From an uncultured virus (IMG/VR IMGVR_UViG_3300005253_000164) (taxonomy: Duplodnaviria; Heunggongvirae; Uroviricota; Caudoviricetes), in the IMG/VR virus record IMGVR_UViG_3300005253_000164: DNA of 64,000 nucleotides; one strand, 5' to 3'. Under the pieces are notes generated by a model. It worked only from the letters and a program-made list of their open reading frames with translations. It did not search any database and was not told the origin of the DNA. Within the stretch, counting starts at the first letter, position 1. Each line of letters begins with the position of its first letter. The position numbers were made by a program, and so were the translations under genes. Positions 52,847 through 63,128 of this stretch are shown one piece after another.

Positions 52847-54441
52847 GACGACAACACTATAAGAAATCTGGTGATAAAGCCAGAAAGATGAAAGGCAATT
52901 CCAAAAAACCTGTTCATAGAAATAGAGTTATTCATCGTGTGGATCAAGGCCAATATATCTCCAACAATTTTTTAAATTCAAATGATATAGATGGAGATTT
53001 CTTCAGCTCTTCTGAAGAGGCAACCATTAAAAACAGACAAATGATCCGCCCAAAAATATTCGACATTTTAACTGGTGATGCTATAACTATTTTGAAAAAC
53101 TCCTATCCCACCAATAGAGATAGACACTTAACCCAGATTAATGAAGAATTAAATGAACAATTCAATCTGGCAACAAGTGAGCAGAAGGGTTGGGTTAAAC
53201 TGGAACTATTTATAACCCCCTCTGACCAATTACAATTCAATCTGACCTTATTTGGTGGAGATGAGGATGATACTTCAGAGGATAATTTACAAATAATTTT
53301 TGAAGAATTAGAAGATCCTCTGAACCTACATTATAAAGAGCAATTCTTCAAAAATTATGCCGAGCTACCATCTCTTGATATATTTAAAGATGAAATGGAT
53401 CAGAATATAGAAAAATCAGTTGCTTCAATTGTTAATGATCTAGATCCATCAATGTATGAACAAATGAAAACTGATGAAGGAGAGCCAATTCCCAACGCTT
53501 ATGGTCCAGCCCCAATGGTAATGCTTGCATATGAGACAGGACAAGCACCAACATATGCTGCTGAGTTAGAAAAATTAATAGATCCAGGTGCAAAGAAAGA
53601 GGGAATTAGTCCACCTAAAACAATGGCAATAACTACTTATCAAGCAATAGTAAGATATGTTGACATGCGAAATGAAGAATTAAGAGACTGGACTGATATG
53701 CATAATGAAGTGTATTTCAGGGGTTGGTATATGAATAATTTGGATTATACCCCTCTTGCAGAGGCATTTAATGCAGAATATAATAAACAAATAGATGGGT
53801 TATATGAACAACTAGTCGAGGATACTCCCAACGGAATAAATCTTCCCGAAGACGATCAAGTAACTGAAGATGGGATAATTGATAGTTTTATTGACATAAC
53901 AGGAGTCACACCTGTTTTCAAATATCATACAGATGAATATGGCAAAAATTTGGGATTATTTGATGAGGAAACAGGGAAACTTATCACATTGGGAACCATA
54001 GATGCCTTCATTAATGAAATTATAGCACATGGAGTTATGGGTGGATTACCTAAGATGGATATGGATGGGCAATACTTACGTAGACAAACTCCTTCCCCTG
54101 TTAGTAAAAAGACAGCAAGAAGAATATTTGATGAAAAATCTGAATTAACCAATAAAGAACGAAGGACTGCTCAAAGAATATTTGAGGAACCAACAGGTAT
54201 TGATTTATTGTCTGAATTAGATAAAGCACTAGAAAAGTTGAATGTTGTAGAAGCAAAACCAAAAATCAGAGAAAAGGCAAAGGAAAAACCTAGAAGGGAA
54301 AGATCTGCTTTTGAAAACATATCTACTGAAAAATCTGCATTTGAAGGATTAGAATCAATTGATGACATTCTTGACGATTGGGAAATTCCAGTAAGAGAAA
54401 AGAAATCAAGAGAGAGTGTAAAAGAAAGAGAAAAAATTTAA
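52843..54441 (+). CDS. Acidic hypothetical RxHY-tail protein with MIM-like C-terminal module
   Basis: C-terminal block shared with 51656. Confidence 0.8.
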   Translation: MRRQHYKKSGDKARKMKGNSKKPVHRNRVIHRVDQGQYISNNFLNSNDIDGDFFSSSEEATIKNRQMIRPKIFDILTGDAITILKNSYPTNRDRHLTQINEELNEQFNLATSEQKGWVKLELFITPSDQLQFNLTLFGGDEDDTSEDNLQIIFEELEDPLNLHYKEQFFKNYAELPSLDIFKDEMDQNIEKSVASIVNDLDPSMYEQMKTDEGEPIPNAYGPAPMVMLAYETGQAPTYAAELEKLIDPGAKKEGISPPKTMAITTYQAIVRYVDMRNEELRDWTDMHNEVYFRGWYMNNLDYTPLAEAFNAEYNKQIDGLYEQLVEDTPNGINLPEDDQVTEDGIIDSFIDITGVTPVFKYHTDEYGKNLGLFDEETGKLITLGTIDAFINEIIAHGVMGGLPKMDMDGQYLRRQTPSPVSKKTARRIFDEKSELTNKERRTAQRIFEEPTGIDLLSELDKALEKLNVVEAKPKIREKAKEKPRRERSAFENISTEKSAFEGLESIDDILDDWEIPVREKKSRESVKEREKI

Positions 54442-54484
54442 ACAATTCACATACTTATTAAAATAGTATTGTAAATCTAACTTA

Positions 54485-55948
54485 ATGTCAAAAAGACCTC
54501 ACTTCTCAGTCGATCAATCCAAGTCAAAGGCATCGAAGAAGAATCCAAAGAAAATTAAAAAACAAAGGTCTAATATACTCACTCCTAAGAAGATAAAATC
54601 AAACATAAAACAATCTGCATTGAGGGCAAGACAACAATATTCCAATAAAAATTATTACACTGCAATTGAGGGATTAGGTGATGCTCTTGGAATGTACGAT
54701 GATTTAATTGATCAACTATATTCAGACAAAATATTATCTGATGGTCAGAGAAAGGATTTTCTTTCTCAATTCCAAAGAGAAAAGGATAAACTTGATGATA
54801 GAATAGAAAAAATCCAAGATAAACTAGTTGAACAAGGCGATGAGATAGCAATAATTGATCCTCAAAATAAATTTGCTCCTTTAATTACTACAAGAGACAA
54901 AATTGAAGAATTTCCAGATGTTGAGGATGTAATAGGGAATGATCATATGAAGACTTCGCTGTTACAGAATATAAAATTAGCTCAAACTAATCCTTTGATT
55001 GCAAAACAATTAGGAATTGGTAAGAATTATCTAATGTTTGGTCCACCAGGGACAGGAAAGACATTACTTGCAAAAGCATTTGCAAAAGAAACAGGTATAA
55101 ATTTCATGAATATAGAATCTGCCAATGTTTTGTCAGAGAACTTTGGAGAATCAGAGAAGAATCTGAAAGGTATATTCGCATTCGCCAGAAAGAACAAACC
55201 TACATTCATGTTCTTTGATGAGATAGATCAACTAGCTGGAACCAGATCTGGGAAAGAAGCAGGAGCAGAAACCAGAGTAAAAACCGCATTTCTGGCAGAA
55301 GTATCAGGTTTCGCAAGTGAAAATGAGGATGTATATATATTGGGGTCAACAAATCGACCTTGGGCTTTAGATCCAGCATTCAGATCAAGATTTACTGTTC
55401 AGAAGTATGTGGGCTTACCAACTCCAGAAGAAATAGGTATAATGACAAAGAGAATGCTAGAAAATCCAGAATTCCAAGAAGATTTAGTAAAAACTAAGGA
55501 TCTGGATTATGATGAACTTGGTCAATTAATGAAGGGGTATGCTGGAAGAACTGTCACAGAGAGTATCGTACAAGAGATTAGACTGATACCAATTCATGAA
55601 CAGATTGCCAAGACAGGAATTTTGGATTTGACAAAAACAAGACCTATTACTATGGCTGACTTTAGGAAGAAAATAAAGGAAACACCTAAAGCAACATCTG
55701 CTGCTGAATTGAAGAAATATGCAGAATATCGGACAGAAATGGGTGAAACTCTGGATGAGGAAGAGCCAGTTGTCATTGATACGAGAAAAGTTGTAAGAGT
55801 CGGAACTAGTAGTCGAGGTACTGTCAAGGGTTTATACAAAACAATGGCAGGGGCAGAAGATGCTAAAGATAAGAGAGGCGGAAGAGATGAGATCTATCCA
55901 GTCAAGGGAGGATGGAAAATTAGACGACCAAAAAAAAAGGTGAATTGA
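54485..55948 (+). CDS. vps4: Vps4/CdvC-like meiotic-clade AAA ATPase with putative MIT domain
   Basis: GPPGTGKT, GESEK, FFDEID, RVKTAFL, GSTNRPWALD, Vps4_C-like PITMADF...LKKYAEYRTEMG; three-helix MIT-like N-region. Confidence 0.75.
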   Translation: MSKRPHFSVDQSKSKASKKNPKKIKKQRSNILTPKKIKSNIKQSALRARQQYSNKNYYTAIEGLGDALGMYDDLIDQLYSDKILSDGQRKDFLSQFQREKDKLDDRIEKIQDKLVEQGDEIAIIDPQNKFAPLITTRDKIEEFPDVEDVIGNDHMKTSLLQNIKLAQTNPLIAKQLGIGKNYLMFGPPGTGKTLLAKAFAKETGINFMNIESANVLSENFGESEKNLKGIFAFARKNKPTFMFFDEIDQLAGTRSGKEAGAETRVKTAFLAEVSGFASENEDVYILGSTNRPWALDPAFRSRFTVQKYVGLPTPEEIGIMTKRMLENPEFQEDLVKTKDLDYDELGQLMKGYAGRTVTESIVQEIRLIPIHEQIAKTGILDLTKTRPITMADFRKKIKETPKATSAAELKKYAEYRTEMGETLDEEEPVVIDTRKVVRVGTSSRGTVKGLYKTMAGAEDAKDKRGGRDEIYPVKGGWKIRRPKKKVN

Positions 55949-56328
55949 AAACACCATCACTAATAACTGAAAAATATTTACGTAATAATAAAAATAAAAT
56001 ATTTGTTTTCGGAGACAATTTAGATCGTAAAGGAAAAGGAGGAGCAGCTAAATTAAGAGATGAAAAGAATACTTATGGATTTATTACCAAGAAACATCCT
56101 AGATCCAACGATAGTGACTTCTATACTCCAGATGAATATAAGGAAGTCTATAATCTAGAAATCATAAAACTGAAAAAAGAAATTTCTGCCAATCCAGAAA
56201 AAACATATTTAATATCGAACATTGGTGGGGGCTTAGCAAACAGGTTTGATATTAAGAAAGAGGTTATTGATAAAAATCTAAAAAAAGATTTAAATAAATT
56301 CAATAACATAGAATTTTTAGAAGAGTAA
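55945..56328 (+). CDS. Phage A1-like/macro-like domain protein
   Basis: IFVFGDN...GKGGAA...YGFITK...IGGGLA. Confidence 0.55.
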   Translation: MKTPSLITEKYLRNNKNKIFVFGDNLDRKGKGGAAKLRDEKNTYGFITKKHPRSNDSDFYTPDEYKEVYNLEIIKLKKEISANPEKTYLISNIGGGLANRFDIKKEVIDKNLKKDLNKFNNIEFLEE

Positions 56329-56387
56329 AAAGAAATAAAATATCAATAAATTAAAAAGATTTAAAAACATTAACTATACTATTAATC

Positions 56388-56967
56388 ATGCAAGAAAAAC
56401 TAAAATTACATTTAATGCATTTGAAAGGCATTATTTGGGGCATACCAATATTATATATTTATTCATTATTTATAGAGGCTTTCATCATTAATCCATTACA
56501 ATTAGACAAAAGACTTTTCGGGTTCATATACTTTTTTGGATTTTTATTATTTATTTTTATATTTGTAAAGGTACTAATATTATTATTGAAAGATTTGAAA
56601 TATTGGGTTAATCAGTTTAGAGAATTTGAATGGAAAAACATAAACAAAACATAGACTATTAAAATCTCATTAAAATAGTATTACTTGATCTAAGATGATA
56701 TTAACAAAATTAATGAAATATAAAGAATACACCTGGTGGTCTAGCGAGAGAAAACTGGTAGATAGTTGGAAATCATTTGGTTATTTATTCCTAACATGGT
56801 TATTATTTAACTTAATAACATTCTGGATTGTATCTTTAACTATCAGTCCTAAACACTTAGCACTTAGTGGGATTATAGCCATCATCATATGGACATTATT
56901 CCCTCACTACAAAATCATCCACAGATATATTAGCAGTATAGAGAAATCGAATGAAAATAATCTTTAG
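56388..56967 (+). CDS. Two 2-TM membrane proteins (56388-56654, 56695-56967)
   Basis: Hydrophobic hairpins; second preceded by the AAACATAAAC motif. Confidence 0.75.
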
Positions 56968-56999
56968 TAAAAATATAAACAAAACACAGACTATTAAAA
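56964..56999 (+). promoter_or_regulatory. Copy of the 36-bp promoter repeat (2193-2228)
   Basis: Identical sequence. Confidence 0.8.
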
Positions 57000-57026
57000 C
57001 AAACCCCATCTATATTAAAATAAGGT

Positions 57027-57575
57027 ATGCCAGAGAAACGAGGTCACTACATTCGTAAGAAAGGTGGTAAAGTAAGGAAAAGTTCGGGAGATAAAAAATC
57101 TACCCAACATAATTATTTACCTCCTGTTAAGAATGTTCCAGATATAGTTATTCAAGAGGACACAATACTGTTTTCTGATGATGAACGTAAAACAATCTGG
57201 TCAGTGACTAAAACATCAATTGTGAAAGATGAGGATATACTTGCAGATAATGAGGAAATAATCCTTGATGCAGTAATTAAGATGCCATTGGATATTGATT
57301 CTCAAAGTGATATTGGAGAGAAATATGAACTATATTATCTTGAAATAGTAAAATTTCATGCTTATTCCGAACATATGGAATTAGGTGGAGATTCATCTAC
57401 TATCAAGAAACTATCTTCAATATCTAAAAGACAATCTGTACTGAATGCAGAGATAGAAGAGATAATTAATTCAGAACCAGATTTGTCGAATCGAAATGAA
57501 TCACTAAAAATCCATAACCAAACAAAATTATTGTTAAATAGCAATGTAAGAAATCTTTTTGAGATAGGTGATTAG
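57027..57575 (+). CDS. Hypothetical RxHY-tail protein
   Basis: MPEKRGHYIRKK. Confidence 0.8.
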   Translation: MPEKRGHYIRKKGGKVRKSSGDKKSTQHNYLPPVKNVPDIVIQEDTILFSDDERKTIWSVTKTSIVKDEDILADNEEIILDAVIKMPLDIDSQSDIGEKYELYYLEIVKFHAYSEHMELGGDSSTIKKLSSISKRQSVLNAEIEEIINSEPDLSNRNESLKIHNQTKLLLNSNVRNLFEIGD

Positions 57576-57576
57576 A

Positions 57577-60500
57577 ATGGAAAAACGAACACATTACAAG
57601 AAACTTGATACCAAGGTGACGAAAGCAGGGAAAAATAAAAAAGTAAAAAATATGTCTCCTGTCATTCATGAAGCATTTCTCTCAAGAGAGAACATTTCAG
57701 ATCATAATCCATTAAGGTCACATCCAGATACAGATTTACAAAAATTATTCTCGGAGAATGGTAAAGCATTTACAAATGTAATTTATCAGAAAGAAGGCGA
57801 TCCGCTTTATGAGAAGATCCTGGATAATGTAATACTTGGTCAATTAAAAACTACACTGAATATTGAAGCCAGTAGTAATACTTTCTCTGTTGGTGTAAAA
57901 CCTAATGATGATGATTTAATATTAACTGAAAGTCAGATGGAAAATCTGATTGGGGTTCTTTTGAGAAAGAATCCAGACGCAAAGAAACTAAACGCTTTGG
58001 ATAAATTAAATCGTATTAATAGGAAACAAAGAAAATTACAACAAGGTTTTTCCAATGCAGGTTTTGGTCATAAAGATTTAACTAAAATCGCAAAAGAACA
58101 AGAGGAAATTCTTACTCTCATAAAAGATTATCAGAAAAAGAATAATGATCGTGAAATTGGTGAACTTTCTTCTTTTGATAAGATAAAACTGAAACAGAAG
58201 AAGAAGCAAATTCTCAACAAATTAACAAGATTACCCGATAAGCTAAAGGAAGCAATGCTTAGTTATGATGATTATATTTCAACAGATGGTTCAATCCCTA
58301 AACATGAATTTAGTGGTGTCGATCTTTCAAAATTAGATTTCTGGTTAGGTTCAGAAAACATCGAAATGTTTGATAAAATTCTTTCAGATGTTGAAAAAGA
58401 ACAGGATAAGAAACTAAAAAATATTGAAAAAGGGGATGAAGATAAACTCATAACTCGTTTTGGTATCTTAACAGATGACGCTACACTTATTGCTCAATTA
58501 TCAACAATAGATGATAATTTATCTTTACTTATGGAAGAAGAAGCCAATCCCACTTATATTTTAGGCATTGGAAATCCGCAACCTGCATATGAATTAGTTG
58601 ATGGGACAGATAGGACTAGATATTTAAGTTCATTAACTGAGATTAAAGAAAAAATTGGGGATTTAACAGGAGTTGCATTACCTTCTGATGATGATAATAT
58701 TTCCCCAAATCCAAATTTAGGGGAGATAAAAATATCTGGTGAGACAGATCTAGCTAATGCAATCAATGAGCAGAGTTTAAGATTGTCCAAATATGGTCGA
58801 TCAATAACCGATTCAAGGAGAAGTCACAAGAGAGTGATAATTGATCCAACAACTGGAGAGTATATGGTTAAGGCCATAGATCAGAAATCTGGAGTAATTA
58901 TTTCTTATAATAGTGCAAATGATTTATTATTTGGTTCTGCTAAACCATTTGAAGAAAGAGCAGCAGTATCAGAGTCATTAGCCTCCCAGAATTCTCCACT
59001 AAAAGCTTTGAATAGCCTAGTTAACTCATTGATAAATGGATCTATTAAAGATTATGATTTTAGTGGTTTCCCCTCTGGAAGAATAATTACAGATGCAGAA
59101 GTTGCAGAGCTAAAAGCATTAATTGAACACTTAAGAGGGGCAGGATATTCTGATGATTTGATTTTTGACTTTATTTCTGGTGCAATTGAGATTGATTTAA
59201 TTCAAGATACTTATATTCATGGAATAAATCTTTTAGTAGAATTAAGAGATATTTATCGATTGATTAGTAGTGAAGCAATCTATATTGCAAAAGAGAAATC
59301 TAGAGAAGATATTTCTTCAAACGTATTTGATAGTGAAGAATGGGCAATGTATTTTGGTGGAGAAAATGCAATTGAGCAGATGAGAGAGCTTTATGATTTT
59401 AGAACCACTGTTAGCAATGAAACACCATATATGGATGTTATCGCATATGGTGAGGAATTAGGGTTATTCAGAGTATTAGACAGGGATGAAGACGGTTATC
59501 CAAGAAAAGTTTATTCCGAACTTGATAAGAGAACAATAGAAGCAAAAGATATGCCAGATTCAATTTTAAGAAAACAATTCTTTATTGATCGGATCTATGT
59601 TGCTCTTGATGTTTTATCTGATGATAAACTAAAATTGGATCCCCAAACAAAAGAAACTTATCAGAAAAGGGCGATTGATTATCAAGTTTCTAATTGGTCA
59701 AATGAGGATGTGATGCTACAATCAAGTTTCTTTGGTGTTCCAGTATTAAATACTAATGAGGCAGCAAAACAAAGAATGAATGCAATCTCAAAACTATCAG
59801 CTATAGAAATAAAGGAAATGGTTGATGAAAATCCCCTTCTTTACAATGGATTGAAACAATTAGGTATAGATCCAGATGGAGATATTACTGAACTCTATGA
59901 GGGGGTAAAGAAGTATTTTACACAAATAGTTCTATCTGAAAGTTCAGAACGTACTCTTACCAAATTCAATTCTGCTAGAAGTAAGGGAGATGCTAAACAG
60001 GCATTCATTGCAGCAGAAAAACTTCGAACAAGTGCAACAAGAATTGATGAAGTAACCCCAACATTGCAGAAATTGGGGGCATTACATGGTGTTAGAAGTT
60101 ATCTTAATCAGCTTCCTTCCCAAAAAATAGTGGGTAAAAGTGGGAGTTTCACCAGAAAGATAGATGTTAAAGACAAAGAGACTGGTAAAACTTATACATA
60201 TTATGTTAAATATCGACCAACTAGAGCAGGCGAAAAAATTGAAGAGATAAGAAAAATAGATAGTTATCTCAAAGATTACCTGCCTGCTGAATACGATGAA
60301 ATGTTAAATGATCCCAAATTCAAAGCTCTCACCAGAGATAGGGTTAATGAGACAAGAAAATCCCAAAATGACAGAATGCAAGCGTTGACTGAATACTATG
60401 GAGAAAAAGCTCACTATTTGCTATTGGATCTTGAAAAAGAAGATCTTAGAATTCAAAAAGATGCAAATTCTATAAAGATAATGCAATTAGAATTGTTAAA

Positions 60501-61404
60501 AGAGGTTTACAAATCAAAATTGAACAATGATGATAAGAGCACATTCGATCCTTATGATATATTTGGGGCAATTCAAAAAGAGAAAACATTCCAAATAAGC
60601 AAAGCAGAACTCCAAGGTAAATTCAAAGAGGACGTATTCAAAGCAAATGAATTGAAATATGGTTTTGACAGTGATCTTTTTGCAGATCTGACCTACGACA
60701 AATCTGGACAGCCTCTCGGAGATACCCCTAAATTAGTCAGTAAAGACTTGAAAGATTTGATTAAGGGATTTGATCAAAAGAGGAAATCCGAGATTTCTAG
60801 TGAAACCAAAGCAACAATCAAGATACCAACTGCAGAATCTCCTAAAAAGAGTCCTTTGATAGTAACACCTAAATCTGGAATTGGAAGTGCTAAGAGAAAC
60901 TTTGTTACTGTATCAAATAGGTTTTCTACTCATTTAACCCGAACAGAAAACAAATTGATGAAGAACAAGCCCAGAGTTAGAAAACCAACTCCTGCTGAAA
61001 AAGAATTGATTGGAGAAATAGATGAGACAATCAAGGTCCTCAAAACTTCAAAGATGAAAATCAAAAAGTTGGCAACATCAGAGTATTCAGAAGATGCAAA
61101 CATTAAATTGATCGGTGAATTAAATATAGCTGATCAAACCTTGAAAACACAACTGAATTCTCTAAGTGAAACTTTACCACAAAAGAATATTGGAGCAGAC
61201 GACTTCAATAAGTTAGATAGTAAGGATGCACAACTTTTTACTAGAGAAGAGATGAAGGTAAGAGGTGCAACTGATGAATCAATAAATAATTTTTATTCTA
61301 AGTTTACAAATATTAAACAAAGAGATTTATATCGCTTAATGCAAGATATTATTGAAGAAAGAAAGGATTTAGGAATTCTTTCTAATAGTGTGATTAAACA
61401 ATGA
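57577..61404 (+). CDS. 1275-aa helical hypothetical protein with RxHY tail
   Basis: ATG 57577 follows GGTGA SD; MEKRTHYKK. Confidence 0.85.
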   Translation: MEKRTHYKKLDTKVTKAGKNKKVKNMSPVIHEAFLSRENISDHNPLRSHPDTDLQKLFSENGKAFTNVIYQKEGDPLYEKILDNVILGQLKTTLNIEASSNTFSVGVKPNDDDLILTESQMENLIGVLLRKNPDAKKLNALDKLNRINRKQRKLQQGFSNAGFGHKDLTKIAKEQEEILTLIKDYQKKNNDREIGELSSFDKIKLKQKKKQILNKLTRLPDKLKEAMLSYDDYISTDGSIPKHEFSGVDLSKLDFWLGSENIEMFDKILSDVEKEQDKKLKNIEKGDEDKLITRFGILTDDATLIAQLSTIDDNLSLLMEEEANPTYILGIGNPQPAYELVDGTDRTRYLSSLTEIKEKIGDLTGVALPSDDDNISPNPNLGEIKISGETDLANAINEQSLRLSKYGRSITDSRRSHKRVIIDPTTGEYMVKAIDQKSGVIISYNSANDLLFGSAKPFEERAAVSESLASQNSPLKALNSLVNSLINGSIKDYDFSGFPSGRIITDAEVAELKALIEHLRGAGYSDDLIFDFISGAIEIDLIQDTYIHGINLLVELRDIYRLISSEAIYIAKEKSREDISSNVFDSEEWAMYFGGENAIEQMRELYDFRTTVSNETPYMDVIAYGEELGLFRVLDRDEDGYPRKVYSELDKRTIEAKDMPDSILRKQFFIDRIYVALDVLSDDKLKLDPQTKETYQKRAIDYQVSNWSNEDVMLQSSFFGVPVLNTNEAAKQRMNAISKLSAIEIKEMVDENPLLYNGLKQLGIDPDGDITELYEGVKKYFTQIVLSESSERTLTKFNSARSKGDAKQAFIAAEKLRTSATRIDEVTPTLQKLGALHGVRSYLNQLPSQKIVGKSGSFTRKIDVKDKETGKTYTYYVKYRPTRAGEKIEEIRKIDSYLKDYLPAEYDEMLNDPKFKALTRDRVNETRKSQNDRMQALTEYYGEKAHYLLLDLEKEDLRIQKDANSIKIMQLELLKEVYKSKLNNDDKSTFDPYDIFGAIQKEKTFQISKAELQGKFKEDVFKANELKYGFDSDLFADLTYDKSGQPLGDTPKLVSKDLKDLIKGFDQKRKSEISSETKATIKIPTAESPKKSPLIVTPKSGIGSAKRNFVTVSNRFSTHLTRTENKLMKNKPRVRKPTPAEKELIGEIDETIKVLKTSKMKIKKLATSEYSEDANIKLIGELNIADQTLKTQLNSLSETLPQKNIGADDFNKLDSKDAQLFTREEMKVRGATDESINNFYSKFTNIKQRDLYRLMQDIIEERKDLGILSNSVIKQ

Positions 61405-61853
61405 GATTTAATAGAACTTCAAGCTCACAAATCCAAACTATTGAAAAGGGGAAACATGGCAATACACAACATCATTTAATAAGATTCACAGATACCTATG
61501 AGGGAGATGCTGCTTTTGTTTTAGCCCCTTTCCTAAGACTTTATGGTGTTGAAGCTCCTATTTCAACTCACAAGACAAAAAGTCCATACATAACAGAATC
61601 TATAATCCACATTCATAGGAACTGTGGGATCTCACCAAAAGTGGAATGTACAATATATGCTCACTCTCAAGCCTACTATGCAGTTACAGAGGCACAATGG
61701 GATTTTGCTAAGAGAAAAGAGGCTCAAATACGCAGGAAAGTGGAAAGACTAGATGCGTCACGAATGAAGCGATTAAGGCGTGGGAGACAATTGGAAAATT
61801 ATACACTGGAAGAGGATGCCCCAGAACTATTTTTCGAACTTCCAAAGGCTTAA
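61401..61853 (+). CDS. Hypothetical protein
   Basis: ATGA overlap with upstream gene. Confidence 0.7.
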   Translation: MRFNRTSSSQIQTIEKGKHGNTQHHLIRFTDTYEGDAAFVLAPFLRLYGVEAPISTHKTKSPYITESIIHIHRNCGISPKVECTIYAHSQAYYAVTEAQWDFAKRKEAQIRRKVERLDASRMKRLRRGRQLENYTLEEDAPELFFELPKA

Positions 61854-62262
61854 GACGCTACAATTTTGGATTTCCTGTCTAAAGAAATAGTTGAATTTGA
61901 CCATATTTCAGATGCCATAATCTGTGCAAATCTACCGCCTAATCTGATCCTATGCGATTTGCCATGCTCCTTAACCGATGCTCTTGAGGGTGTTTTAGTT
62001 TGAACATACTTTTGAAAACCTTCACATATATATTTAGAACCTGCTAAATTGTTTTATTACTATATAAAATATGATACGTGACACCCGAAACATATTATGT
62101 TGTTATTTTCACATTGAACATTTAACTATTTCAGCCACTCCTTAAAGAAATCGATGGTGTTTTTCAGACCGATTCACTCCAAAAACATAATTAATATTCA
62201 ACTCGGCATGAAAATATTACCCGACTTCAAATAAGCTTATTAAGTCGTAATGCGATATTATA

Positions 62263-62529
62263 GTGATGTCGATGGTAACCCAAACGATTAATCAAGCAAA
62301 GATTGGAAAATTAGGGTTACGTGAAGCAATGATTATAACGCTCTCACAAGCAAATACCCCACTTTCCATAGAAGATACTTATGACCGTATGCAAGAATTT
62401 GATCTTGAATTCCATTTGCACTTTCAAACAGTAAGAGAAATGGCTCTAAAATTACACATGGGGAATTTCATTACATGGGAAAAAATTAAGGGTTTGAAAA
62501 GATACGGAATGGTCTTAAGGAAGTTCTGA
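62263..62529 (+). CDS. Small winged-helix protein
   Basis: PLSIEDTYDRM...QTVREMALKL...GNFI pattern. Confidence 0.55.
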   Translation: MMSMVTQTINQAKIGKLGLREAMIITLSQANTPLSIEDTYDRMQEFDLEFHLHFQTVREMALKLHMGNFITWEKIKGLKRYGMVLRKF

Positions 62530-62644
62530 TTATATTATACTTAGCAGTAATTTTATTTGTTCACAAAACAACATTGGCCATAGCAAAATAATAAATATAA
62601 TACTGCAAACTCCAAATATACCTAAGAATAGGAAGGGTAAAACA

Positions 62645-63076
62645 ATGCAATCTGTACTTGAATTTAGAACACAAGCCATTCATGAATATGAAATTTCAGA
62701 AGAAAAACCACATCACAAGTCTCACAGTGATATTGAGATAGTTAGAGTTGATTTATATGATGATGATAATAATCTAATTAAAAGAAAAGAACGTGTCGCA
62801 ATATGTTGGGACTGTGATTATAGCGAAGAATTGGAAAACTTCAGTGAGGCAAATAAAGCAGTTGATATTCATTCACCTCGCTGTCCATCTTTGAGAAGAT
62901 TGACTGCAATCGAGAAATGCGGAAACTGTGCTAAAGGCTGGAATTGTCGTTATCACGCTGATATAGGGGCTGGCATATTTGCTCGTCAACCAGACACTAA
63001 AGATAAATCAAGTCAACATGAATCACAAAGGACAAATATAGAAAAAATGAATAAAGAAATAGAAGGTAAAACATAA
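62645..63076 (+). CDS. Cys/His-rich hypothetical protein
   Basis: CWDC, HxxxC, CGNC...CRYH. Confidence 0.7.
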   Translation: MQSVLEFRTQAIHEYEISEEKPHHKSHSDIEIVRVDLYDDDNNLIKRKERVAICWDCDYSEELENFSEANKAVDIHSPRCPSLRRLTAIEKCGNCAKGWNCRYHADIGAGIFARQPDTKDKSSQHESQRTNIEKMNKEIEGKT

Positions 63077-63128
63077 ACATAAATAAAGTGAAAACATTTA
63101 AGATGTTATTCTCTATACTAATTATCAT

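Noticed and set aside
2603..58790. Numerous 60-130 aa minus-strand and out-of-frame ORFs in the track
   Set aside because: Mostly overlap longer + strand genes, have F/L/S-rich antisense composition and lack motifs
61850..62060. Minus-strand open frame downstream of the inverted palindrome copy at 62201
   Set aside because: About 65 codons open but no ATG/GTG/TTG near its 5' end; not called
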